DNA of 64,000 nucleotides from Felis catus (Eukaryota): the NCBI RefSeq assembly GCF_018350175.1, contig NC_058368.1, forward strand, positions 188,606,001 through 188,670,000. Direction: 5' to 3'. A model generated the notes under the pieces. It had not been told where the DNA came from and ran no database searches. It was given only the letters and a program-made list of their open reading frames with translations. Shown piece after piece: positions 37,661 to 50,245 of this stretch (position 1 is its first letter; the number at the start of each line of letters is the position of its first letter). A program made the position numbers and the translations under genes.

Positions 37661-37794
37661 CACAGAATCAGAAGCAGGCTCCAGGCTCTGAGCTGTTGGC
37701 ACAGAGCCCGACACGGGGCTTGAACCCACGGATGGTGAGATCATGACCTGAGCTGAAGTCAGACGCCCAACCAACCGAGCCACCCAGGCACCCC
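37545..37794 (-). mobile_element. CanSINE with expanded (GA)n, inserted tail-to-tail
   Basis: Canonical body; TSD-like ttaaaaaataaa. Confidence 0.9.
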
Positions 37795-38584
37795 TTAAAA
37801 AATAAATGAAATTATTTAAAAAATGTCCTTGTACTATTTATTAGGAAAATGCTCTCTTTGTGGTTATAATGATCCCACCCAATGGTCCAGACCATGCAAT
37901 CACACTGTTTGCAGGAACAGATGGACAGTGTTTGGGACTGGAGAGTCAAGTCTTGGTTTAGAGAATTTTAAAATATAAAACTACTTCCTTCCCAAGAGAA
38001 GTATTACATCACTGAGAGATAGCCTTATAAGTGTTATAAATTCCCATTTTCTTTCTAGTTCAATAAATCTTTTCCAAAACCCACTAGTCTTTCCAAATTT
38101 ACTCTGAAATTCTTTCCCTCTCCCTTAGAAAAGATGAAGCACAGCTGAAAATTTAAGGGACACTTATATTTTTGTTATTATGAGCTATGTTGCACAGCTC
38201 ACAAAAAAGTGAACTTGGAAGATGGGAGCCTCTGTGTTTTGATGTTGCTGGCGGCGGAAGATTGATTTCTAAAAAGCCATGGGTGTACCTCCCACCCACC
38301 CCTGCCCCCATCCCAGCCTGTCCAACACTGAACCTTTGTATTCTCAACCTCAGGCACGCTGATCTCTGATGCCTCTGCCAAACTTTGGGCTCAGAGCTGG
38401 CAAATTGGCACCTAGGGGATCAATCTGACCGACAAAACTTGCTTTGTTTTGCTTAGACAATATTTCTAAAACATCTGAGCTAGCATTTGCAAATTGGGAG
38501 GTTTCACATAAAAAATCTGGATTCTTGAGTTCTTGGGAAATATCAGAAAATCTAGGTCCATTCCCACTGTGATATTCAATAAGA

Positions 38585-38795
38585 AACCTAGGGCAGCTCA
38601 GTTGGTTAAGTGTCTTGACTCTTGATTTTGGTTCAGGTTATGATCTCTTGGTTTGTGAGTTGGAGCCCCGTGTCTGTCTCTGCCCTGACAGTGTGGAGCC
38701 TGTTTGGGATTCTCTCTCCCTTTCTCATTGCCTCTCCTCTGCTCATTCTTTCTCTCTCCCTCTCAAAATTAAATAAATAAACATTTAAAAAAATA
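38585..38795 (+). mobile_element. Diverged CanSINE
   Basis: gctcagttggttaagtgtcttgactcttgattttggttcagg..., (CT)n, A tail. Confidence 0.85.
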
Positions 38796-38871
38796 CTCAA
38801 TAGTAGCTTAGGAGCTCCTGCCCCTTAAGCTGGCATCTACTCCCTGCCTCCTAACTACACTCTAGGAAATG

Positions 38872-39075
38872 TAGCTCAATAGAACATTCTATGTTGATCG
38901 AAATGTTCTGTAGCTGCCCTGTCCAACTGGATAGTAGCCTTTAGCCATGTGTGACTTGAGCACTTGAAATGTGGCTAGTGTGACTGAAGAATTGAATTTT
39001 GAATTTTATTTAATTTTTATTAATTTAAATTTAAATAGCCATATGTGGCTAGTGATGACCATTTTGGAATGAGTC
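38872..39075 (+). mobile_element. MER3-like hAT DNA transposon
   Basis: caatagaacattct...gagcacttgaaatgtggctagtgtgactgaagaattgaatttt...aaatagccatatgtggctagtg. Confidence 0.75.
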
Positions 39076-39587
39076 TAGCTGGTTATTGCTGAGTAGAAGT
39101 GAATGTGCATCCAGATGTTCTGTTTTTTTTTCCAGAGCATCTGGGAATGAAGATTTTTAATGAAGTCTCTTCCATTTAAAATTTTGGCTCCATTTTAAAA
39201 ATGTGAAAGCCAAAAAAACACATTGATGGCATGAATCATGACCTATGACCACTCAGTGACACCCCCTACTCATTGGATTAATGAATAGCCAAGGGCAAAA
39301 AGAAAAACACCTTGCACATCTGTCAGTGGAAATCAAAAGGCACAGTTAAAGTGTTATCATTGCTTTGAAATATAGCCTTACTTTCAGAAATTAAAGATGG
39401 TTAAAATTTTGTCAGTGGCAAAGATTATGTGCATCCTGTTCTATAAAAGCATTTAACAAGTGATGTTTAGGCTGAGACAAAGGACAAAGAGAAGGTAGGT
39501 CTTCGAATGAGAGAGAATAGCAAAAGGGCAAAGACCCAGAGGCAAGAGAGGTGCAGTTGGTTGGGAACCTAAAGAAACTTCACGTGT

Positions 39588-40603
39588 CTGTTGTGTCCAA
39601 TATGGTACCCACTAGCCACATGTGGCTATTTAAATTTAAATGAAATTTCCTCAACATCACTCATCATCAGGGAAATACAAGTCAAAACCACAATGAGATA
39701 CCACCTTACACCTGTCAAGATGGCGAACATTAACAACTCAGGCAACAACAAATATTGGCGAGGATGTGGAGAAGGAGGATCTCTTTTGCATTGTTGGTGG
39801 GAATGCAAGCTGGAGCAGCCACTCTGAAAAACAGTATGGAGGTTCCTCAAAAAACTAAAAATAGAACTACTCTACGACCCAGCAATTGCACTACTAGGCA
39901 TTTATCCATGGGATGCAGGTGTGCTGTTTCGAAGGGACACATGCACCCCCATGTTTATAGTAGCACTATCAACAATAGCTGAAGTATGGAAAGAACCCAA
40001 ATGTCCATCAATGGATGAATGGATGAAGAAGATGTGGTATACATATACAATGGAGTATTACTCGGCAATCTAGAAGAATGAAATCTTGCCATTTGCAACT
40101 ATGTGGATGGAACTGGAGGCTATTATGCTAAGTGAAATTAGTCAGAGAAAAACAAAAATCATATGACTTCATTCATCTGAGGACTTTAAGATGAACATAG
40201 GGAAGGGAAACAAAAATAACATAAAAACAGGGAGGGGGACAAAACATAAGAGACTGAAATATGGAGAACAAACTGAGGGTTACTGGAGGGGTTGTGGGAG
40301 GGGGGTTGGGCTAAATGGGTAAAGGGCACTAAGGAATCTACTCCTGAAATCATTGTTGCACTATATGCTAACTAACTTGGATGTAAATTTAAAAAAAGAA
40401 AAAATAAAATCAAAATAAATTAAAATAAAATAAAGCAGAAAAAATAAATTTAAATGAAATTTCAAAAATTAAAAATTCAGTTTCTCAGCCACATTAACCA
40501 CATTTCAAGTGCTCAATAGCCATGTATGGCTACCGGCTGCCATACTGGACCTTCAAGGTATAGATAGAACCTATATCTCATTGCACAAAGGTCTATTAGC
40601 CAG
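39588..40603 (-). mobile_element. MER3-like element split by an L1 insertion (halves 39588-39649 and 40464-40603)
   Basis: tgtccaatatggtacccactagccacatgtggctatttaaattt...aaaattcagtttctcagccacattaaccacatttcaagtgctcaatagcc. Confidence 0.75.
39650..40444 (+). mobile_element. 5'-truncated carnivore L1 (~0.8 kb) with 19-bp TSD taaatttaaatgaaatttc
   Basis: ORF2 C-terminal fragments ([21 protein letters not shown]...[10 protein letters not shown]), 3'UTR and A tail; TSD at 39631-39649 and 40445-40463. Confidence 0.93.
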
Positions 40604-41724
40604 TAGTAGAGCTTAGAGACTGGAGAAAGAGAGCCTAGAGAGATACTCGGGGACAAGGCCATGAGGTGACAAAGGGGCCAGTGTACCACATTAGGAAGTT
40701 TAGGCATGGAGCTGAAGACTATCTTTTAGGAAGGTCATTCTGCTGTTGTGTGGAAAATGGATTGGAAGGATTCACAAAAGTGGATGGTAGAACCCTGTTA
40801 AGAGGCTATGGTGGTGCAGGCAAGAGATCAGGATGCCCCAGCAGCCAGACATTATCCATTTATCTACTATCACATCCTGCTTGGCCCAGGACTTAGAGGT
40901 CAGTCAATACTTACAGTGAGTGCCAGGTATAGATTACTCACTGGGAATAGCTCTAATTCTACAGGCGAGAGACTGAGGTTCTAGTGGTTAAATAAATTAA
41001 TCCCACAGACCACACAGCTAGTAAGTCTGACAACTGTGATTCTATCCAAATCCTGAGATTTTTTTGTATTTTGATTTTTCTCTCTCTACAATATTCCCAG
41101 CAACTTCCTCCCACACCCAGTGAGTCCCTTTCTCCAACTGCATCTTTACCACTTCCTCTTCCTTTTAAGATGAGAATTATATTTCAGAGCATTTTTTTTC
41201 CTCATAGCTTCTTCTATTCCAAATTAAGGGTAATCACAGCTGGTTGGTTCAATGCCAGAACCCAACCTGGATAAAAGTCCTTTGTGTGTGATGATATTAA
41301 ATGTGTGAGCTTTTATAAAAATATGTGTGCCTTTGAGGAATTCTTCAGACATCTGGGGAATTTAAACTAGTAATTTATAATAGATTTCCTTGACTAGCAT
41401 GATAATTCCCTAATGAAAAGAGTGGGGCTTTACTTCAAACTGTATGCAGCAGTGGAAAGAAACTTAGTAGCTGAGACTTTGAAATTCTCAAGCTGCTAGG
41501 TACGAATTTACTGATTTGCTTTGCTCTTTTTTCATTTGTTTTTCAATAAATAAGACATTAAAATGTCACAAAACTTTATTTTCCCTTTTAGGGTAACTTT
41601 ATTTTGATGTAATTTCAAACTTACAGAAAAGTTATTTGAATAGTACAAAGAACTTCTGTGTGTCCTTCACCTAGATTGACTGATTGTTACAATTTTGCAG
41701 CATTTTCTTGACATTTGCTCTCTC

Positions 41725-41762
<38 letters not shown>
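41725..41762. repeat. (CA)n microsatellite within an old L1-like relic (~41590-42130)
   Basis: Read directly from the sequence. Confidence 0.93.
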
Positions 41763-41764
<2 letters not shown>

Positions 41765-43139
41765 TTTTTGAACCACTTAAGAATAAGCTTCAGACATAGT
41801 GCTGCTTTATCCCTAAATATTTTAGTGTGCAGTTTCTAAGGCAAGAACATTTTCTTACATAATCACAGTAAAATGATCAAAAGAGGATATTTAACACTGG
41901 TATAGTATTATTATTTAATCCAGAGTATCTAAATAATAGGATTATTCAAATTTCATCAGTTATCCCATTAATGTCCTTTACAGCTGTTTACAACTCCTTT
42001 CCCACACCCTGTGCAGAATCTAATCCAGGATTATGCATTGCATTGCGTTGTTACATTTCTTAAGTCTCCTTATAATTAGAACAATTCCTCATACTTTTTG
42101 ACTTTCATGACATTTGTATTTTTGAATAGAATAAATAACAATAGTGATAGATAATGTATAGTATAAACCTATACATAATGTATTGAGTATATATAGATTA
42201 TAGTCTGTAACCTATGCATGAATATATAATCTATATATAATACTTTATATGAAATAGCTACTATGTAATACATACATGAATAAACTCATGAATTCTTACC
42301 TACTATTATCTATTGGGAAGAGGTCTTCAAATGAGAGGGAACAGCAAGAGCAAATACCCAGAGGTGAGAGAGGACATACTTGGTTGAGACCCTAGAGAAA
42401 TTTTACGTATCTGCTCTAATTATGACAGCCATATTGGATATCAATAAATATAATATATTATGTAGATTATAGATGATATTATAATTCATGAGTCCATACT
42501 ACTAAATATATACAAAATAAATAAGACGGAAAGTTATTCTTTCAGTAAAATGATGACAGAACTAGAGAATGACCATTTCGTAACCATTATAATAATGAAG
42601 AATTCAGGCAAGGATTATCAACGGATACAAAAGCTAGTAGATGAAAGTTTGAAGAAAAAGATATTTACAAAGCTTGGAAATATTGTCCCACAAATCACTT
42701 ATTGATTAGAAAAGAAAGGACGGTAACTGGCTGATAGCATTTTAGCCAAACAGTCAAAATTAACATCGTCAATGATAGGACAAACGATCAACACGTGCCT
42801 CTGTTATGCTGCGCAAGGACACAACTTTTATGTTGTATTCTTGTTAAAAATACATCTATTCATGAGAAAACAAACTCAAACAGGGATATTCTACATATAA
42901 AATGTTTGCTTTTTAAAGAGAAGCCTTCTCAAAGCAAGGGTTGCATCGAGTTACATTATCAAACAATACCACTAGATGTCACTGTAGTTTTGCAAGTTGC
43001 ACAAGTTTGATCTGCGTTAGCAAATCTAAATTCCTTTGTGGCCTGCCTTCTCACTTTGACACCATTGTGGGCTGGACACATCTCGCCAATTCCAACACAT
43101 ATAGCTTTTGAGAAGGCTACAAATTAAATAATGGCAAAG

Positions 43140-43310
43140 CAGTGGTGGACGTGGCAACAGGCTTAGATGAAAGCTTGGCTCTGCCATTACAAACTGTGAT
43201 GACAGTTCCTGGCAAACCGCGCCCTCTCGGTCTTGGTCTCCTCCTGTAAAATGAGGGGATTTGGATTGCTAGCTCCGACTCACCTCTAGCTCTAACAGTC
43301 TGTGATTTTA
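43140..43310. mobile_element. MIR relic
   Basis: ggctctgccattac...ctcctcctgtaaaatgaggggattggat...ctagctctaacagtctgtgatt. Confidence 0.6.
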
Positions 43311-43817
43311 AGCTAATGTTTTCTTAACTGAAGTCATTTCAGGGCCATTATAACATTTTTGCCCAACTTCATTGAACCCATTACTGGTTTTCTGTTTTTG
43401 CACCCAGTGCTCTAATTTATCTAATGTTTGTCCTTAAGTTGACTCGGTTTTTAAAAATGTAAATAAAGAAAATAATTTATAGGCCGATTACAAATGGAAA
43501 CCAGTTCACTTGCCATAAATAGAGTAACCACAAAAATAGATGTAATAAAAACAACATAATGTAGTTAAATTTGAGTAGATGTTATTGTCTGCCTAAGGCT
43601 CAGAGCCTGTAATCTGCTCTGTTTTTCCTTTTTAAAGGGAGTTTTGGAGGTGTTAAAGAGAAATTGAAGACAGACTAGCCCTGAGACTTCCCTCTTGATG
43701 TAAGCAAAAGAATTGAGACTGATGGATCCGTATTATTTAATTTTGTATCTGTGAACCAACCACAATACTTCATACACCATCTAAAATCAGTCCAAGATTC
43801 CATAAGCTGTTCTAAGT

Positions 43818-43858
43818 TTCTTCCTTCCTTCCTTCCTTCCTTCCTTCCTTCCTTCCTT
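43818..43858. repeat. (TTCC)n tetranucleotide repeat
   Basis: Read directly from the sequence. Confidence 0.95.
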
Positions 43859-46484
43859 TCAACTCTTGATTCTTTCAACTCTTGATTCTTCAATATTTCT
43901 AATAGACCATAAAGAGTCTGATTAGAAATCATACATTATTGTTTTTTCAATCTGTATTTAAGCTTTCATTTTATGTTGATATTCCTTTCCATTTAGTATT
44001 GGTTTAGCTTCCTTTTTGTGTTTATTTAAATTTGCTTTTATAGTCAGTCTTCTTCCATTTGAAACACTCACTCCCTTTTTAACAGAGGAGATGATATATA
44101 CTCCTCTGCTGTCAATGTCGAAGCAATTATATGCCACCAAATGGCTTGTGATTTGGCATCTTCTCCTGATAAAGGCTTATGATAGATAGGATGTGGCAGA
44201 GGTCAGGAATTCTGCTGAGTACAACCTGAGGGTATGCTTCAAATTGCTTGAGCTTTATCCAAATCCCCTAGGACACAATCAGAAAACTGGTCCCCTTCAA
44301 TTTTGGTACAGAGCTTTCTTCTTCATTCTTCACAGAGATTCAGAGTGAAGACGTCTAAAGCTGAGCCATCTAATTGCACGTTTTACTCCCTAGCATTAGT
44401 GTGGCCCTTTCCTGCTTTGTATAATCAGTTATAATTACTAATTTGCTGGCCACAATTAGCATAGGGAGTTTTATAGGAGCACAGACAATTTCTTAGCTAC
44501 CCAATGTTACTAAATAATTTAAAAAGGGAAGACAAAGAATTTCTATCAAATGTGTTTTGTTTTCTTAATGCTGGTGCTGCTATTAAGAAAAACCATTATA
44601 AGGTAAAGAAATAAGGAAATTCATAAAGATCAATCCACCAGCTATTTCCCGCATTACAAAAGTTATTTTTTTGTGATTTAATTTTCTTGCTGAGGTGAAT
44701 TTAATTTGCCATTAGAAGCCCAAAAGCTGAGGGGTCAGTTTCAACGGAACAGAATGCTTTTTGTCTTTTTGTCTTGCCTGAAACACTGCTCTTATCTGCA
44801 AAAAACAAAAAACAACAACAACAACAAAAAAAAAACAGAAACTAGGGGGATTGCTTTTCAGAAGAAATTTTCATAAAGAAGTTGATTTTGAATCAATAGA
44901 AACGTTTTTCTATGCCAAATTTAGTAGAACTATATACTCTTACCACCTACCCACTCCAATTCAGAGTAAAAATATGCTTTCTTCCCCTCAGTGTTCATTA
45001 CTATACCTAAGCTGAGATCCAAACCACAGTGAGCAGACATTAGAAGATTTCCCAATATATATAAGATACACTACATATAGGAATGACAATCAGATATATG
45101 AAGTATGGTTATTTTCTGGCGAAAGAGTTACTTGAATCCTGTTAGAGAATTCTTCAGGTTTCCTTTAGCCCTGTTTGTTCCTGATGCTGATTAATGTTTA
45201 TGATTCCATTATCCTCTTTATGTTTACAGATTCCTGCTCCCCGCAACATTCACTCAATTATTTTATTATGTGTTGACATCATTCTCAATGGAATGGATGA
45301 TGGTATTCTGGCAGAGTCTCCTTCCAAATTTTGCTGAGTGTCACTAGTAAGTGTACTTTGAGCCAGTTTCTGGAACTATATCCCCAAGGCTGCAAATTAT
45401 ACTTTATTTCATTGTCTTAAAGTGTCTACAGCCAACATATCTGTTTGAGATACCAAGTCAAGTATTGTCTCCCCAGCACATCTTTAACTATTGATTCCTT
45501 TGAGAGAGGTTTAATTCTATTTGTGCTTATCTTAGAACCACAGCATTGAAAGGGACTTTAAAGATCACCTCATCCCATCGGGTGCCCGGGTCCCCACCAT
45601 ATCAGCCTTCTGTGGTGCAAGTAATAGAAACCAACTTTGTGTAAGTTAAACCAAAAAAGGTATTTATTCTATTAATACAGATGGCTCATAGAATTAAAAA
45701 AAAAACCCTGAAGAACCGGCTAAGAGGAGTTAGAACCCATATTGACTCTGGGGAGCTAGGTGCTGGGTGCTGACAATGTCTTTAAGTATTACCCACTGGT
45801 GACCTCAGGGTATTATTTTAGGGAGTTTTAATGTCCCCTCACCAACCCTCAGTCAGGGTAGTAGAGATTCCTTATATTTATTCAAAATTCTATGTACAAG
45901 TAGTTTAAAATTGTCTCCCAAAACTTGCCCTCAACCAGATTGCCACCCCATCCTTTCTACACAGAAATGATAAGCCTGCCACTTATAATAGGTACCTTTT
46001 CATGTTCTACAATTTATATGATTGGAATCCTAAAATGTTTACTCTTTTTTGTATGTGATTTCTTTGATGTTTCATAATTACTTTGAGATCCATCAATGAT
46101 ATTCTATGAGTTAGCTCAGCCTTTTTTTCTTCTTTTTTTTTTTTTTTTTTGGCTGAGTAATGTTCTTTGGATCTACTGCTATTAGTTTATCCATTCATCT
46201 GTTTATGAACATTTGAGTTATTTCCCTTTTTTGATGATGGAAAATAAAGCAGGATAAATATTTGTGTATAATTATTAATCGGGGGAAAAGGCTTTTTTTT
46301 CTGCCTCAAAGGGAATCTTTGTTAATCATGTGTGCTTCACACATGCTGTTTTTTAAGAAACCCAACTTTCTAGAGAAACGCATTCCTCAAGACTGGCTGC
46401 AGCTTCCCATCATGAGTCTTGTATTAAAAGAAAACCACAGTGGTACAATTTGTTTTTGTTATGTTGCCTTCTAAATAAACTTTT

Positions 46485-46730
46485 TTAATTTTTTTAAAGT
46501 TTGCTTATTTATTTTGAGAGAGAAAGAGAGCTAGGGAGAGGGCATGTGAATGGGAAAGGGGCAGAGAGAGAGAGAGAGAGAGAGAGAGGAAGAGAGAGTA
46601 TCCCAAGCAGACTCCGCGCTGTCAGAACAGAGCCCGACTCGGGACTTAAATTCATGAATAGTGAGATCATGCCCTGAGTCGAAATCAAGAGTCAGTTGGT
46701 GGCTTAACTGACTGAGCCACCCCGGAGCCT
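46485..46730 (-). mobile_element. CanSINE, TSD ctaaataaactttttt
   Basis: Canonical body with flanking direct repeat. Confidence 0.9.
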
Positions 46731-47240
46731 CTAAATAAACTTTTTTTTTTTTAAACTCTGGTTCGTCTTTCCTTAAATGTAACATAAACAGATATAAAAA
46801 AGACAACAAATTGGAGTTTATGTTTACAAAAACACTGTAAGTACGAACAGTTCTATATCGCAAACGTATTATGCAATCAGTTCAGTCTGAACTTGGTTAC
46901 CTGGTACACGAATGTGAAAAAGACACGCAAACATGTTCTAAGATTTAATCCACATCTTCCTTTCTACAAAAGAAAATTGTGATTTGGGGTCGTAACCAGC
47001 ATGCCCATCCAAAGTCATTCATAAAGGCTGGGCGGCCCTTTGTCATTTTGTTTCCTTTTGTCAGTTTTAACCCTGCACCATGGTTTGCTGTACAGTAAAA
47101 GGCAAAGAAACATTTTACTGAAATAGATGACATCCTACAGCCAACATTCCTGAAATAGAAATGCTTTTCCAAAAAAGAAGAGGTCCAGAATTGCTTTCAC
47201 ATGTTACACAGTTAAAATGATGATTGTTAAAAATGCTGCC

Positions 47241-47445
47241 GGAGGTGCCTGGGTGGCTCATTTGGTTAAGTGTCCAACTTCAGCTCAGGTCATGATCTCA
47301 TGGTTGATGGGTTTGAGCCCCACATCGGGCTCTGCACTGACAGCTCAGAGCCTGGAGCCTGCTTCGGATTCTGTGTCTCCCTCTTTGTCCCTCCCGCACT
47401 CGCGCTCTGTCTCTGTCTCCTGAAAATAAATAAATGTTAAAAAAA
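47241..47445 (+). mobile_element. CanSINE, TSD aaaatgctgc
   Basis: Canonical body with flanking direct repeat. Confidence 0.9.
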
Positions 47446-47689
47446 AATGCTGCTGGCCCCTGCAGCCTCACTGCAAAGTATGATCAGTCTACTTTGAGTC
47501 CTGCCTTCCCTCGAGCAGAATTGAGCCTCCCTTGACTTGCAGCCCCTCACTCTACTTCCTTGAGTTCCTCCAAAGCAAATCCTTCAGATGATGGATGTCA
47601 GCTTGCAAGTTCCTCTCATGTCACTTTCTCCTTCTCCAGACTTTTCAGAGCTCTGAACTTATTATCTTCTCTCCGTGGGAGGCACTTGC

Positions 47690-48020
47690 TCCAAATCTTT
47701 CTATGGGCCTCTCCTTCTTGTACTTCAGTTCTTGGCTCAAATGTCATCTCCTCCGAGAGACCTGCTCTGACAAATCAGGCTCATGGCCCTCATCTTCTTT
47801 GCCTCCCTCTACCCACCACCCTGGTTTTCATACTCTTTATTGCAATTTGAAAGTATCTTTTTGGGGGACTTAACCTTTTGCTATCTTCCCACTAAACTGT
47901 GAGCCCCATAAGGATAGAGACCGTATCTGTCTTTCTATTACTATATACTCATTGTCTGGAACAGTGTCTTTTACACTAAAGTTGCTCAATAAATATTTAT
48001 CAAATAAATTAACAAATTAA
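47690..48020. mobile_element. L2 3'-end relic
   Basis: ctcaaatgtcatctcctcc...cccactaaactgtgagccccataaggatagagacc...gctcaataaatatttatcaaataaat. Confidence 0.6.
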
Positions 48021-48394
48021 TGGTATGTTTTATCCAAGTTTTATTGTAAAGTATAGCATACATAAAGAAACATGCATAAAACTATATATATTCTTTAGGG
48101 AATGGTTATAGAGCGACGTTTGTTAACTACCATCCAAGTCAAGAACTAGAATAGTAGTGGCCTCCTAGAAACTCTCCTTGTACTCCATGTATCCATTCCC
48201 AGCCACAGCCTAGGGGTAACTATTATCCTCATTTATATGATAATCATTTACCTACTTTTCTTCGTAGTATTACCACTTATACGCTCATCCCTAAACCAGG
48301 TAGTTTAGGTTTACCTGTACTTAGAAATAAATATGTAGAATTATTATATTGGATGTACTTTTCTGCACCTTAGTTATTTCATTCAAAATTATGT

Positions 48395-48646
48395 TTTTAT
48401 TTTTTTAATTTTTACTTTTTAAAAATTTTAATGTTTATTTATTTTTGAGAGAGTGAGAGAGAGAGAGAGAGAGAGAAAATGTGAGCGGGGGAGGGGCAGA
48501 GAGAGAGGGAGACACAGAATCCAAAACGGGCTCCAGGCTTCAAGCTGTCAGCATAGAGCCTGATGCAGGACTTGAACCCACAAACCATGAGATCATGCCC
48601 TGAGCCAAAGTTGGACGCCTAACTGACAGAGCCACCCAGGTGACCC
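48395..48646 (-). mobile_element. CanSINE, TSD tcaa(a/g)attatgttttt
   Basis: Canonical body with flanking direct repeat. Confidence 0.9.
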
Positions 48647-49194
48647 TCAAGATTATGTTTTTACACTTCCAACTTCTGGCATGGTGGAGTGAGAAGGTTG
48701 ACAGATCTTGTCCTAAAAAACAACTATTAAGCTGGTCAAAAGTTCAAAGACAACAATTTCAGTGCTTTGGAAATTGATCAGAAGCATAGCACACACTGAT
48801 GAAATCTCATGAACTTTGGGTGAGAACAATATGAATCTGTGACATTGTTGCCTGAGCTGCTTCCACCCCATCGCGGAGCCCCAGTTCTGTGATGGCAGTT
48901 CACCGTGGGTGGGCCAGGCCATGAAAGTCAGTAACATTGTTGCTGCCTCCGGATCTGCAGCACTGTCCATTAAAGTGGCAGCCTCTTGCCAAGCAGACAG
49001 GGAGAGCCTAAGGTCCTGTTTGGGGCAAGCAATGGTCTAGCAGCCTGCCAAGGATTTAACAGTAATGTCCAGATGCGAGACAGCCATAGGGGCAGAATGC
49101 ATGTTTTTTCCACGTGCACATGTAACGTTCTCCAGAATAGATCATACAGTGAACCACAAAACAAATCTCAATACGTTTTATTTTATTTTTATGT

Positions 49195-49583
49195 TTTCAT
49201 TTTAATTAAGTTTTTAACTTTAATTCCAGTAGAGTTAACATACAGTGTTATAATTAGTTTCAGGTGTATGATGTAGTGATTCAACAATTCCATACAGTAT
49301 TCAGTGCTCATCATGAGAAGTGTGCTCTCAATCTCCAGCCCATATTTCACCCCTCACGATTTCCACCCACCTCCCCTCTGGTAACTATCAGTTTGCTCTC
49401 CAGAGTTAAGTGTTTCTTTCTTGGTTTGTCTCTTTTTTTTCCCCCTTTGTTTTGTTTCTTAAATTTCATATGAGTGAAATCATATGGCATTTGTCTTTAA
49501 CTTATTTTGCTTAGGGTTATATTCTCTAGCTCCATCCATGTCATTCTAAATGGCAAGATTTCATTCTTTTTATGACTGAATAG

Positions 49584-49585
<2 letters not shown>
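49195..49585 (-). mobile_element. Carnivore L1 3' end followed by (TA)n
   Basis: gttaacatacagtgtta...ctctggtaactatcagtttg...atatgagtgaaatcatatggcatttgtc...aaatggcaagatttcattctttt. Confidence 0.8.
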
Positions 49586-49619
<34 letters not shown>

Positions 49620-49823
49620 ATGGAATATAAATATATACATAATGGAATATATATATATGTATATGTATCCTGTGATATTCCTTTCTCATGCTGTTCTTGT
49701 TAGGTTTTGGTATCAATATTATTTTTAATCTTCAGTATTCATAGTAATTATTCAATTCATTTTCTTCTATTAGTTTGGAAATAATATACTCTAGTTCTAC
49801 AATTTTCATTGTCACATTATTTA

Positions 49824-50245
49824 TGTGTTGGATTATGTCCACCCCCCACCCCACCCCCCAATCGTATGGAAGTCCTAACCCCTGCTACCTGTGAGTGTGA
49901 CCTGATTTGCAAATAGGATCTTGAAGATGTAATCAAGTTAAGATGAAGTCATTAGAGCGGGTGCTGATGCAGTATGGCTGGTGTCTGTACAAGAAGGGGA
50001 GACAGAAACTCACAGGAGAGAGACGGCCATGGGAAGGCAGAGGTGGAGATCGGAGGTACTTGTGCCACAACCCTGGAGCTGCCAAGGAAAGATTCTGAAG
50101 GCAAGAGCCTTCAGAGGGTGCTTGGCCCTGCCAACATCTGGATTTGGGACTTCTAGCCTTCAGAACTGTGAGAAAGTAAATTTCTGTTGTTTCCAGCCAG
50201 TCAGCATGTGATGGTTTGTTATGGCAGCCCTTCCAATCGAATCCA
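49824..50245 (+). mobile_element. MLT1 (MaLR) solo LTR
   Basis: gaagtcctaacccc...gatgtaatcaagttaagatgaagtcatt...ggacttctagccttcagaactgtgaga...aaatttctgttgtt...gtttgttatggcagccc. Confidence 0.8.
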
